Positions 45,326 to 53,555 of a DNA stretch of 64,000 nucleotides are shown in pieces (position 1 is the stretch's first letter; each line of letters opens with the position of its first letter). Below the pieces are notes generated by a model. That model was not told the origin of the DNA. It saw nothing but the letters and a program-made list of their open reading frames with translations, and ran no database searches. Made by a program: the position numbers and the translations under genes. The DNA is from Candidatus Limnocylindria bacterium (GTDB taxonomy: Bacteria > Patescibacteriota > Saccharimonadia > Saccharimonadales > JAGQNK01), in contig DATHJH010000018.1 in assembly GCA_035489815.1 (NCBI GenBank), forward strand, positions 3,027 to 67,026. The letters run 5' to 3'.

Positions 45326-45793
45326 CTAAGCTAGCTCCGGAAAAAACTGCGCCCCTGTATTGAGGCCACCAGGTACAAAATCAAGCTTCTTGAGTTCCTG
45401 CGGTGTAAACCAGTCGGCGCGAGATGCTTCCCAATTTAGTTTTAGCTTGTTTGTTTTCACTTCAGCCAATACGGGTATGATGAGCCAGGTTCTGTTGTAT
45501 TGCGGTGCTTCATCAATGATGACCTGACCGCGCTTGAACTTCACAACATCCTTTTTCTCCAGCCCTAGCTCTTCTTCGAGTTCTTCAAGCACCTTGTCTT
45601 CAATGGATTTGTTGTCATCAAGAAAGCCGCAGACCCAATCCCAATAGTTAGGGTAAAGTCTCATACCAGCCGGACGTCTCACGGCTAATATTTTTCCCTT
45701 ATACATCACGATAGTATTCACTGTTGGTGTATAGCGAATATTGGTGTAATCCACCTGGCCGGGTTTGGGTATGAATTTTGGTTCTTTGGTCAT
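45326..45793 (-). CDS. NUDIX hydrolase
   Basis: Nudix-box-like GFLDDNKSIEDKVLEELEEELGL. Start at 45793 gives an ATGA overlap with the upstream stop. Confidence 0.7.
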   Translation of the reverse strand: MTKEPKFIPKPGQVDYTNIRYTPTVNTIVMYKGKILAVRRPAGMRLYPNYWDWVCGFLDDNKSIEDKVLEELEEELGLEKKDVVKFKRGQVIIDEAPQYNRTWLIIPVLAEVKTNKLKLNWEASRADWFTPQELKKLDFVPGGLNTGAQFFPELA

Positions 45794-46245
45794 ATCCTCC
45801 ATAGTACACTGCTAAGAGCTATAGAAGTTGCCAGTTCAGTCAAAACGCCCCACGGCCTCTCGCACCATTGTATTGCTCTGTGAGTCTTAATATGTAATTT
45901 GGATAACCCCTGAGCTGCCTGATCTCTTCTTTCGTACATCAGATAGTTATATAGACCAACAGCGTCAGGTGATGCAGCAACTAAACCAGTCATCAGCGCA
46001 AACCACTCTCTATTTACCATCAAAATGCCTACGATCGCTACACTGGAAATCAGGGTAAAACCAGCAACCCCATAAGACAGTTTGTGTTTGAGGGCTTCGG
46101 AATAACCTTTCCTGCCTGCATACCCAAAGTGCGGTAAAGCATCCATAACAAAGTGCGACGCAAATGCTAGTAGAGCCGCCACTATGGGATTATGAACGGT
46201 CATGCCAATGAGCGCGCCAGCCAAGATATGATTTGTTACAGTCAT
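45790..46245 (-). CDS. YdjM/DUF457-like membrane-bound metal-dependent hydrolase
   Basis: MTVTNHILAGALIG...HFVMDALPH pattern with 4 TM segments. Confidence 0.55.
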   Translation of the reverse strand: MTVTNHILAGALIGMTVHNPIVAALLAFASHFVMDALPHFGYAGRKGYSEALKHKLSYGVAGFTLISSVAIVGILMVNREWFALMTGLVAASPDAVGLYNYLMYERRDQAAQGLSKLHIKTHRAIQWCERPWGVLTELATSIALSSVLWRI

Positions 46246-46248
46246 AGC

Positions 46249-46587
46249 CTAACTATATAAACCAACCCTGTAGCCATTCGGGTCTTTCAAAAAAGCATGC
46301 CTCGCGCCCCAGGGCATATCGGTAGGTTTCTGTTCAAAGGCGACATCCTTGGATGAGAGCGCTTCATAAAGTTTATCTATATCATCTACCTGTATATTGA
46401 GCTCGATGCCAGAGCCACCAATTTCTGTGGCGTCTCTTTGCTCCATGCCGATATAGAAGCCATTTTCACAAGCCAGCCGGACGTATTTTGGCTCGTCCAT
46501 TACAATCTTTAGTCCTAGGCTCTCGTAAAAGGCTTTTGACCTTTGAAGGTCTAGTACTTGCATAAAAACGTGGGTGATCGAAGACAT
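46249..46587 (-). CDS. VOC/glyoxalase-family protein
   Basis: HVFMQVLDLQRSKAFYESLGL...GARHAFLKDPNGYRVGL is a typical glyoxalase/bleomycin-resistance fold. Confidence 0.8.
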   Translation of the reverse strand: MSSITHVFMQVLDLQRSKAFYESLGLKIVMDEPKYVRLACENGFYIGMEQRDATEIGGSGIELNIQVDDIDKLYEALSSKDVAFEQKPTDMPWGARHAFLKDPNGYRVGLYS

Positions 46588-46601
46588 TTGAGATTCCTCC
46601 T

Positions 46602-47213
46602 TTACAATTCGGCCACTACTCTTGCCGGAGCTGCTTCAAGTTCCCAATTCACCGGCATGGCATACAGTTTGAAGCGTTGGCCTGCAACTTTGCCAAGATT
46701 TATTAAATTCTCAATGAGCAAAATGTCATTGCCAAGCAGAGTCTTATGAATCGGGAAGGGTGCATCATGGTCAAAGCTAATCATGTCTACGCCCACCATA
46801 GATACTTTTTTCTTCACCAGCTCATCAGCTAGCCCTTGGTCAATGCCGGGGTAGTCGATGGCATAGGTCTGCTCAGTGTACTTATCGCCTGTGCCTGCAT
46901 AAAACAGTACTGCCATACCTGGGACTATGTCCATGCCTGCCAGCAAGTCAGCAGTTAAGGCTTGGCTGTTCCGTGCGTCAACACAAATCGCATCACAGAT
47001 AAACCTATCGGCACCGTACTCACTCAAGGGCTTACCGCCCTTGACCATATGCACAGGAGCATCAATATGCGTGCCCAGATGTACGTTGATGTGTACGACC
47101 GTGTCAATTACGTCATGTTCTGCAAATGCACCCGTAGGCTCAAAAACTGGCGCCGCGTCACCAGGAAACACAATCGTCTTTTCATTCACGGGCATGGAGA
47201 GATCAATCAACAT
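46602..47213 (-). CDS. Cyclase-family protein (kynurenine formamidase-like)
   Basis: HLGTHIDAPVH motif (HxGTHxDxPxH). Confidence 0.8.
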   Translation of the reverse strand: MLIDLSMPVNEKTIVFPGDAAPVFEPTGAFAEHDVIDTVVHINVHLGTHIDAPVHMVKGGKPLSEYGADRFICDAICVDARNSQALTADLLAGMDIVPGMAVLFYAGTGDKYTEQTYAIDYPGIDQGLADELVKKKVSMVGVDMISFDHDAPFPIHKTLLGNDILLIENLINLGKVAGQRFKLYAMPVNWELEAAPARVVAEL

Positions 47214-47215
47214 AC

Positions 47216-47569
47216 TTACCCCGCACAGACCCCATCAGGAACGGCCTTCTCTGGCATAGCCAGGACTGGCATAACTTGATTTGCGTAGCCAATGTCAAAG
47301 ACCATACCTTCGGACACCTCACCCATCATTTTCCTAGGCTCCAAGTTCACTACGAATAGAGCTTGTTTGCCTTCAATTTCTTGCGGATTCTCACGCTCTT
47401 TTTTCATGCCGACAAGGATTGTTCTTTTGAACTCGCCAAAGTTTACGATGAGGCGGACAAGTTTGTCGGACTTCTCGACATCTTCGACTTTTTCGATCGT
47501 ACCAACGCGTATATCTATTTTTTCTAGGTCATCAAATTTGATGGTTGGTTTGACGGGTAATGCTTTCAT
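47216..47569 (-). CDS. tRNA-binding domain protein (CsaA/EMAP-like)
   Basis: IDIRVGTIEKVEDVEKSDKLVRLIVNFG...VVNLEPRKMMG. Confidence 0.8.
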   Translation of the reverse strand: MKALPVKPTIKFDDLEKIDIRVGTIEKVEDVEKSDKLVRLIVNFGEFKRTILVGMKKERENPQEIEGKQALFVVNLEPRKMMGEVSEGMVFDIGYANQVMPVLAMPEKAVPDGVCAG

Positions 47570-47668
47570 AGGGGATAGTATATCTTAAGATAAGGCTGCA
47601 ACGCCTCTTTTCCTTTGGAAAACAGGCCAACTTCCATTTGCAAGCAAATAAAAGTTACGATAAAGAGC

Positions 47669-49012
47669 TCAGGCTGAGTTACTGAACCTACTGGCTTGTT
47701 GTATAAGAGTAATTAGATCTTCTTCTTTAAAATAGGCGTAATTAAAGGAGAATAAAATTTCCTTCATTACCTCAAGAGTAATTTTGTTTCGGGCTTCCAT
47801 GCTGTCAAGAATGTTTGTATCGATCTTTCTCCTGACAAGGTATCGGCCGATTATATTTTGAGGCAGACGGTGGGCATCATAGGGAAAATGATAAGCGCCA
47901 GTCTTATAGAGCATGCAATTCTTCTCGCCCTCAAACTCAACCCTTAGTTGCAAGTTTCCAACGATGCCAATTTTAGAGTAATACTGTTGAGCGAATCTCA
48001 GGACGCCGTCTATACAGGTGACGATATTAGTAATCTCCACAATCGGATGCTCTATGCCCCTATCTGATTTGTGATGCTTTTCTATGGGGTCAACATTCAT
48101 AAGGTTACCGTAGATATCAGCACCGAAAAAGTAATGATGGTTTGTACGTTCATCCTTGTAATGTGTCGAAGCTCCGTACTGGTAAATGGGTACGCCACCA
48201 CGGGAATCTGGCGTTTGGTTACGGTAGTCATTCAAGCCGTTGCTGATGGGTTCGTGGAGGAGGGCACGTTGCACTGTGGCCGTGTCAGTTGCGGGGTTCT
48301 GCGGGTACTCTGGCAATAAAGTAATGATTTGAGTTCCATCAAAATGCCGTCCCTCAAAATAAATGCTGGGGCTTGCCATTGCCATCACAAGGCCCGGCTG
48401 CAAGTTAGCTTCCTCTTTTTTGTCGTCTTCCTCGTCCTGATAATCAGCTCGCGCTTCAAAAATATCCTGCAAGAGATCAGCTAGTTCGCCTCTCAAGTCT
48501 ACGCTGGCCTGTCGTCTATTCCGCAATAGCTCCCACTCATGACTTGAGGCGTACTTTTCCCAATCCTCGCTTCTTGACCGATCGGCGACGCGCGTAAAAA
48601 GTATGTTCTTGCCTTTATAGTCCATCCAATGTGGAGTAGAGGAACTTTGTGGCATGTAGGCAACGACGAATGCTTTTGTGCCATCGTCGGATAGGCAAAC
48701 TTGATAAAAGGGTAAAACGATGGGACTTACTGTACTCACTATTGAGTTGTTTATTTTCTGGACATGGTTGTCTTCAAAATCCATGCCAGTAACCGGCAGC
48801 TTGGGCTTATCATCTTCATCATCAACACCAATAATCAGCCAACCGCCATTTGTGTTCGCGAAAGACACAAGTGCCTTTACGACGTTAGAAAGAGAACTTA
48901 AATCCCTTTTGTAGTCTAGGCTCAAGCCTTCGGTGATTCGCTGGTCGCAAAAACTAACAATGTCCGCAAAAGTGACATCCTTGAGGGCTTTACCGAAGAT
49001 ACTTGTATCCAT
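47669..49012 (-). CDS. AlbA_2/Schlafen-like divergent AAA domain protein
   Basis: N-terminal EGLSLDYKRDL...VKALVSFANTNGGWLIIGVDD is typical of the AlbA_2 domain. The C-terminal two-thirds are uncharacterised. Confidence 0.6.
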   Translation of the reverse strand: MDTSIFGKALKDVTFADIVSFCDQRITEGLSLDYKRDLSSLSNVVKALVSFANTNGGWLIIGVDDEDDKPKLPVTGMDFEDNHVQKINNSIVSTVSPIVLPFYQVCLSDDGTKAFVVAYMPQSSSTPHWMDYKGKNILFTRVADRSRSEDWEKYASSHEWELLRNRRQASVDLRGELADLLQDIFEARADYQDEEDDKKEEANLQPGLVMAMASPSIYFEGRHFDGTQIITLLPEYPQNPATDTATVQRALLHEPISNGLNDYRNQTPDSRGGVPIYQYGASTHYKDERTNHHYFFGADIYGNLMNVDPIEKHHKSDRGIEHPIVEITNIVTCIDGVLRFAQQYYSKIGIVGNLQLRVEFEGEKNCMLYKTGAYHFPYDAHRLPQNIIGRYLVRRKIDTNILDSMEARNKITLEVMKEILFSFNYAYFKEEDLITLIQQASRFSNSA

Positions 49013-49051
49013 ATCCCTAGTTTATCAGGGAAAACTACTAATGTGGGCTAA

Positions 49052-49172
49052 GACCTCCCACTGTCTCTCCAGTGTAAGAACATAAATGCCCGTATCAAGG
49101 TCGTTCAGCCGTGGGGTGCTCCACCTTGACACGGACATTTATAACCTTACCCATCAGACAGAGTGGGAGGTC
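49052..49172. repeat. 120-nt imperfect hairpin in a divergent intergenic region (H4)
   Basis: GACCTCCCAC (49052-49061) pairs with GTGGGAGGTC (49163-49172). The inner 19-nt arms 49083-49101 / 49123-49141 match at 17 of 19 positions. Confidence 0.75.
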
Positions 49173-49211
49173 GACTCGCTCGAAAGTCAGTAATAACTTT
49201 AGGAGGTTTTT

Positions 49212-49526
49212 ATGGATACAGCGGGTGCAGCAAAAGTTGCGCGTCTCAATGACGTGTTTCGGCGTGAGACGTCTGCGATCATGCTAACGCAGGGTGTAGA
49301 GGTGCTGAGTGACTTGTCCGGGTTGGTCGAAGAAGTGCGGCGGTTCGATAAGTTCACCGGGGCAAATGACCCGCACGGTGAGCATGACTTTGGCCAGATC
49401 GCCTGGGATGGTGAAAAAGTTTTCTGGAAGATTGACTACTACGATGAGTGGCTTCAGTACGGTGAAGATCCTTTGTCGCAAAAGTGTCACCGGATACTCA
49501 TCGTTATGCTGGCTGGCGAGTACTAG
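49212..49526 (+). CDS. DUF3768-family protein
   Basis: NDVFRR...LTQGV...DPHGEHDFG...WKIDYYD pattern. AGGAGG RBS. Confidence 0.7.
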   Translation: MDTAGAAKVARLNDVFRRETSAIMLTQGVEVLSDLSGLVEEVRRFDKFTGANDPHGEHDFGQIAWDGEKVFWKIDYYDEWLQYGEDPLSQKCHRILIVMLAGEY

Positions 49527-49595
49527 GGTTGTCCGCCCTGGGCAAGGCGTGAAACTGCCCGGATTCAATCGGCAATGGTATAGTAAACAGCAAAC

Positions 49596-50153
49596 ATGGA
49601 AGCAGTAGAAGCTTATAAAATTTTTGGGCCTCTGAGTGTAGTTGCCATATGGGCGGCGATGCTATTTATTATCAAGAAGTGGCCCGGACATCGCGGCATG
49701 ACGGTGAGCGCGCATGTTGCCGCCTATAAAGAAGCGTACCTGTTGCTCGCGATTGTTTGTTCTATCTCTTATCCATTTTTCGCGCTCTTTATGTTCGGTT
49801 GGTTTATCCCGGCACTACAGCTTCCACTAGTTTTCTCGTGGCTGACAGGGCTCATACTCATACTTGATTTTATTATTGCCTGGGTGCCCCAGCTTCCGGG
49901 GTGGAAGGGCACCGTTCACCAATTTGCTGCTTATGCCATGGCGAGCACCTTTCTGCCTTTTGCGATCATGTTGGCTAGGGCTCCGGCTGTGTCGGGCATT
50001 GCCCGAGCCGTAATTGTGGCATGCACGTTTCTGATGGCTCTATTCTGGGTGATATTTATTTTGAGCAAAAAGTCCAAAGAGTACTTCTTGTATTTCCAGC
50101 TAACATATTTCTTATTGTTTGATACCACATTCCTCGCCGCTGCCTTTTTGTAG
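49596..50153 (+). CDS. Integral membrane protein (about 6 TM)
   Basis: Hydrophobic throughout. No motif recognised. Confidence 0.5.
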   Translation: MEAVEAYKIFGPLSVVAIWAAMLFIIKKWPGHRGMTVSAHVAAYKEAYLLLAIVCSISYPFFALFMFGWFIPALQLPLVFSWLTGLILILDFIIAWVPQLPGWKGTVHQFAAYAMASTFLPFAIMLARAPAVSGIARAVIVACTFLMALFWVIFILSKKSKEYFLYFQLTYFLLFDTTFLAAAFL

Positions 50154-50200
50154 CTCATATAGAAACATCCCAACTAATGCGGTGGGATTGGTTTGAGTAG

Positions 50201-50929
50201 CTAGGCCAAAATGTCCTTAACCTGGCCTGAAACTGCTCGGATTCGGATGTCGGATTCATCGAGATACTTGTCCTCAAGCTGTTGCTTTATATACCAATCA
50301 AGCTGTTTTCTTTCACTTTCACGGCTCCGGACAATAACAACCTCCGGATACTTGTCACCTTCCCAATTATCAGACTCATAGTGCTGGATGTATCTCCTGA
50401 TCCTTTTCTTTGCCAGGAACAAGTGCTGCCCATCGGTAAGTTCAATGAACGACTGTTTACCTGTTGTCCGGTTTTGAACATAGAGGCCTGGGTATGGCCA
50501 TATAAAGCCCTTCAGCGTCCCCATCTCGGTGGCCGTGAGGGCTACCAGCTCATCTGAGGCTGTATCTTTAATGTCCAGATAAAGCTTAAACAACTCAACC
50601 TGTAAGTCTATGAAATCCGTACTCTTTTCGGCCTCGCGTCTGCGGGTCAGCAGTACCTTCTTGCTTAAGCCGTGCTCTTTGCCGGATAGAAACTTTACCG
50701 CGTCCGGGGTCAAGTAGTACCTGGCTGATTTACCGGCGAACTTGTAAGACTTATCATACAGCTTACCGAGATAGCCGGTTTCGTTCAGTATTGTTAGCGC
50801 GCTGTATGCTGAGTTGTGCGTAATGTTGAGTCTTCTGGCTAGGTTGTTTGTTGTTAGGTATCTGAATTTGTAGGTTAGTTTGAGGATGTGTATTTGTTTG
50901 TCGTTGAGCTTTGATTTATGGGAGGTCAT
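50201..50929 (-). CDS. Winged-helix protein, replication-relaxation-like (candidate relaxosome/replication protein)
   Basis: N-terminal wHTH-like HILKLTYKFRYLTTNNLARRLNITHNSAYSALTILNETGYLGK. The family assignment is tentative. Confidence 0.45.
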   Translation of the reverse strand: MTSHKSKLNDKQIHILKLTYKFRYLTTNNLARRLNITHNSAYSALTILNETGYLGKLYDKSYKFAGKSARYYLTPDAVKFLSGKEHGLSKKVLLTRRREAEKSTDFIDLQVELFKLYLDIKDTASDELVALTATEMGTLKGFIWPYPGLYVQNRTTGKQSFIELTDGQHLFLAKKRIRRYIQHYESDNWEGDKYPEVVIVRSRESERKQLDWYIKQQLEDKYLDESDIRIRAVSGQVKDILA

Positions 50930-51099
50930 GCTTTGTTCTTGCCCCCACCCGTTATGTTTTTAGCACTTCGTATACGAATAGTATAAAAGAGAAAACAGAA
51001 ATAGAGCAAATAACAGATAGTGAATGCTTAATCTTTCTAATACCGGCGTTAGAAGTAATAATTCCATAAATCTGTTGTAGAAAAGCTCAGAATGCCTTG

Positions 51100-51129
51100 A
51101 ATAATAGTAATATTAGTATTACTATTATT
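51100..51129. repeat. Perfect 13-bp inverted repeat with 4-nt spacer
   Basis: AATAATAGTAATA-TTAG-TATTACTATTATT in the AT-rich intergenic region. Confidence 0.85.
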
Positions 51130-51210
51130 ACAGAGTTAGCTAAAGTTACTAGCTCCTTAATAATTCGACTAGACAACTAAAGGAACGTAATTACTAAATT
51201 GTCGTTAAGA

Positions 51211-51233
51211 GGTCTATTATTGTATAATAGACC
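51211..51233. promoter_or_regulatory. 10-bp perfect palindrome overlapping a TATAAT box (putative operator/promoter)
   Basis: GGTCTATTAT-TGT-ATAATAGACC. TATAAT lies at 51223-51228, 9 nt before the ATG at 51237. Confidence 0.5.
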
Positions 51234-51236
51234 CTA

Positions 51237-51440
51237 ATGACAAATCAGAAACGTGTAAAGTTCCAGATAGATACTCTCGAAACAGTGCGTGATCGTGCTA
51301 AAGCCGTAGCCTATAGTCGCGGCAAGCAGCTCAATGAGTTTGTGTTAGAAGCGTTGGCCAAAGAGGGCGATAAAGAACTTACCGATCTCATTAAAAAAGA
51401 CCTGGCAGCAAAACAACGCCCAGGTCGCCCACAAAAATAA
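51237..51440 (+). CDS. Ribbon-helix-helix (CopG/Arc-like) DNA-binding protein
   Basis: KRVKFQIDTLETVRDRAKAVAYSRGKQLNEFVLEALAKEG fits a beta-strand/helix/helix RHH pattern. Confidence 0.6.
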   Translation: MTNQKRVKFQIDTLETVRDRAKAVAYSRGKQLNEFVLEALAKEGDKELTDLIKKDLAAKQRPGRPQK

Positions 51441-51491
51441 CTCTATTTAGTGTTCTAGTCGAATTATTAAGGAGCCTTGACGAGGGTAAAT

Positions 51492-51683
51492 ATGTCGAGG
51501 CCAAAGGGCAGCAAGAATAAAATACGACGAGTGCCTACCGAGCAGTTTAGTTACACCACTGAGCAGCGTATCGAGCTAATTGCTGACCTTATTGTTGAAA
51601 AGATCATCGAAGACCAGCGTAACGGTAAGCATTTAATCAATTTCCTGGAGGGGACAAATGCGGCCACAGCAACTCAGCAGTAA
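51492..51683 (+). CDS. Small basic protein upstream of integrase B (possible excisionase/accessory factor)
   Basis: Translates as MSRPKGSKNKIRRVPTEQF.... The ORF track starts it at the TTG at 51477. Function is inferred from position only. Confidence 0.4.
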   Translation: MSRPKGSKNKIRRVPTEQFSYTTEQRIELIADLIVEKIIEDQRNGKHLINFLEGTNAATATQQ

Positions 51684-53394
51684 AATGCGGAATGGTCTGC
51701 TGGCTATTCGTGTTTCGTCAGATAAACAGGGTCGCGATGGCGATTCGCCAGAAGAACAACGCCAGCGGGGCGAAAACCTTGCGACCACTAATAATATCAA
51801 AATTATTGATACGGCTATTCTGGTTGAGTCGGCTTCTCACGAAGATCAACCAATGCAGCAAATCGTTGAGCGATGTAGGGCAAATCCTGCTATTGAGGTT
51901 GTACTGATTAAAGCTATTGACCGTTTTACGCGGGGCGGTTCTGGAGCATACATCAAGCTAAAAGAGCAGCTTGATAGTCTGAATGTTATTCTTATTGATA
52001 CCTTTGGCATTATTGATAGTCGTCGCGTAAATACTCTTGAGCACACTGGCTTTACATACTATTGGAGCGATTATAGCCCTTCATTTAAGAGCGAGATACT
52101 GGAGGCTGAACACGCCAAAGACGAGCTGCGCGACATTATGACTCGTATGATCGGTGCAGAAATTCGTTATACCCAACTAGGCTACTGGATGCGCCAGCCG
52201 CCATATGGCTTTGCAAGTGAAATAGTTGAAACTAATCACGGCAAACGCGCTATATTGAAGCCGCACCCCGAAGAAGCACCATTTATAATTCGTGTGCTTG
52301 AAATGCGCGCGCAAGGTATTTATAGCAACCAGGAAATTGCTGATGAGTTAAACCGGCTGGGCTTTAAGACGCGCGTTACTTATGTGCGCGATAAATACGA
52401 TCGCTCAAAAGTAAAACGCATTCTTGGCGGCAAGCCAATGGACGTCAAAATGGTTGACCGTATTACGCGTAGGCTCATATATGCCGGTGTTATCAAAGAG
52501 AAATGGACAAACGATAAGCCAATTAAGGCGCAGTTTGACGGTCTGGTATCACCAGAACTGTTTAATCGCGCTAATCACGGCAAGCTCATTATCGAGATAG
52601 CGGCTAGTAATGAAGCTACCGTACGCCACAAGCTGCCCCCTAAGTGGCAGCAGGTAAAAAAGATGATTAACCCAAAGTTTCCGTACAAGAAAGTCATAGC
52701 TTGCCCGCATTGCCGCAAGCCGTTAAGTGGCAGTGCAGCACGCGGTAAACTTGGCAAATACTACCCGGCCTATCATTGTAGTCGTGACGGTCATTATTTC
52801 CGTGTCCCGCAGCCGGAGTTTGACGCGACAATCGAGCGTTTTGTTAAAAGTATCGAGGTTGCGCCGGAGCACATTGATAAGCTCCTGGAAAAGATCGAGG
52901 AATCATGGCGGGCAAAGCAACAAAAGTCCGTTCAAGACGATCAAAACCTCATAGAGCAGCGTCAGGCACTTGAAGCCCAAATCAGGATTGTGGTAGACCG
53001 AATGAAAGTTGTAGCCAGCGAAACGGCCATTAAGTACATGGAGGAGGACATTGTGAGCGCAGAGAGTCAGATCAAAGAGCTAGATAATCAGCTAGTCAAT
53101 AAGAACGAAAATGCCGTTGATATTGACCTCGTGTTGCAATACGCAGAATACCTTTTGAAACACCTATCAGAACTGCTGCTTGACCTCAGTAATCCACTCA
53201 GAAAAGCTGCCTTTTTCGGCGTCATCTTCAACACTATGCCAAGTTACGCAGATTTAGATTTTGAAACCCACGAAAAAAGCCCGCTACCAGGGGTAAACGG
53301 ACTCTTTCGGATAGCAGCTGCTACCAAATCTACTTCTGGAGGGCCCAGTGGGACTCGAACCCACGACACCCTGCTTAAAAGGCAGGTGCTCTAA
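51658..53394 (+). CDS. Large serine recombinase (integrase B)
   Basis: GGAGGGG RBS, resolvase motif LLAIRVSSDKQG, a recombinase domain, zinc ribbon CPHC...HCSRDGH and a coiled coil. The last 58 nt of the ORF (53337-53394) overlap the tRNA-Lys gene on the opposite strand. Confidence 0.9.
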   Translation: MRPQQLSSKMRNGLLAIRVSSDKQGRDGDSPEEQRQRGENLATTNNIKIIDTAILVESASHEDQPMQQIVERCRANPAIEVVLIKAIDRFTRGGSGAYIKLKEQLDSLNVILIDTFGIIDSRRVNTLEHTGFTYYWSDYSPSFKSEILEAEHAKDELRDIMTRMIGAEIRYTQLGYWMRQPPYGFASEIVETNHGKRAILKPHPEEAPFIIRVLEMRAQGIYSNQEIADELNRLGFKTRVTYVRDKYDRSKVKRILGGKPMDVKMVDRITRRLIYAGVIKEKWTNDKPIKAQFDGLVSPELFNRANHGKLIIEIAASNEATVRHKLPPKWQQVKKMINPKFPYKKVIACPHCRKPLSGSAARGKLGKYYPAYHCSRDGHYFRVPQPEFDATIERFVKSIEVAPEHIDKLLEKIEESWRAKQQKSVQDDQNLIEQRQALEAQIRIVVDRMKVVASETAIKYMEEDIVSAESQIKELDNQLVNKNENAVDIDLVLQYAEYLLKHLSELLLDLSNPLRKAAFFGVIFNTMPSYADLDFETHEKSPLPGVNGLFRIAAATKSTSGGPSGTRTHDTLLKRQVL

Positions 53395-53413
53395 CCGGCT
53401 GAGCTATGGGCCC
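53337..53413 (-). tRNA. tRNA-Lys (anticodon UUU) with encoded CCA
   Basis: Reverse complement folds as GGGCCCA-TA-GCTC-AGCCGGTTA-GAGC-A-CCTGC-CTTTTAA-GCAGG-GTGTC-GTGGG-TTCGAGT-CCCAC-TGGGCCC-T-CCA. All four stems are perfect. Confidence 0.92.
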
Positions 53414-53474
53414 TTAATAGGGCGTACTATAAATCCGGTGTTTTGTTTTTTTAAGGTAGCTCTACTCGGGCTTG

Positions 53475-53540
53475 CCGGTTAGAGCACAGGTGCTCGGGTT
53501 ATCTATTTTGCAGCAAGCTGCGGGGCTGAGCTATGGGCCC
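53475..53540. repeat. Rearranged tRNA-Lys 5'-fragment
   Basis: 53524-53540 is identical to 53397-53413 (17 nt) and 53487-53495 to 53383-53391. The D-loop TAACC is replaced by 28 nt. 53475-53487 (CCGGTTAGAGCAC) is the same D-arm sequence in inverted orientation. Confidence 0.8.
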
Positions 53541-53555
53541 GCGTCGTCGTGTAAT

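Larger units (their letters stand above)
51152..51475. repeat. Perfect 22-bp inverted repeat pair bracketing the RHH gene
   Basis: GCTCCTTAATAATTCGACTAGA (51152-51173) and TCTAGTCGAATTATTAAGGAGC (51454-51475). Confidence 0.9.
26054..53336. mobile_element. Integrated module B (about 27 kb), ICE-like element at tRNA-Lys
   Basis: Bounded by the tRNA fragment at 26033-26152 and the intact tRNA-Lys. Carries a T4SS operon, coupling protein, replication-relaxation-like gene, RHH, serine recombinase, radC, DUF3768 and defence-like cargo. Confidence 0.55.
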
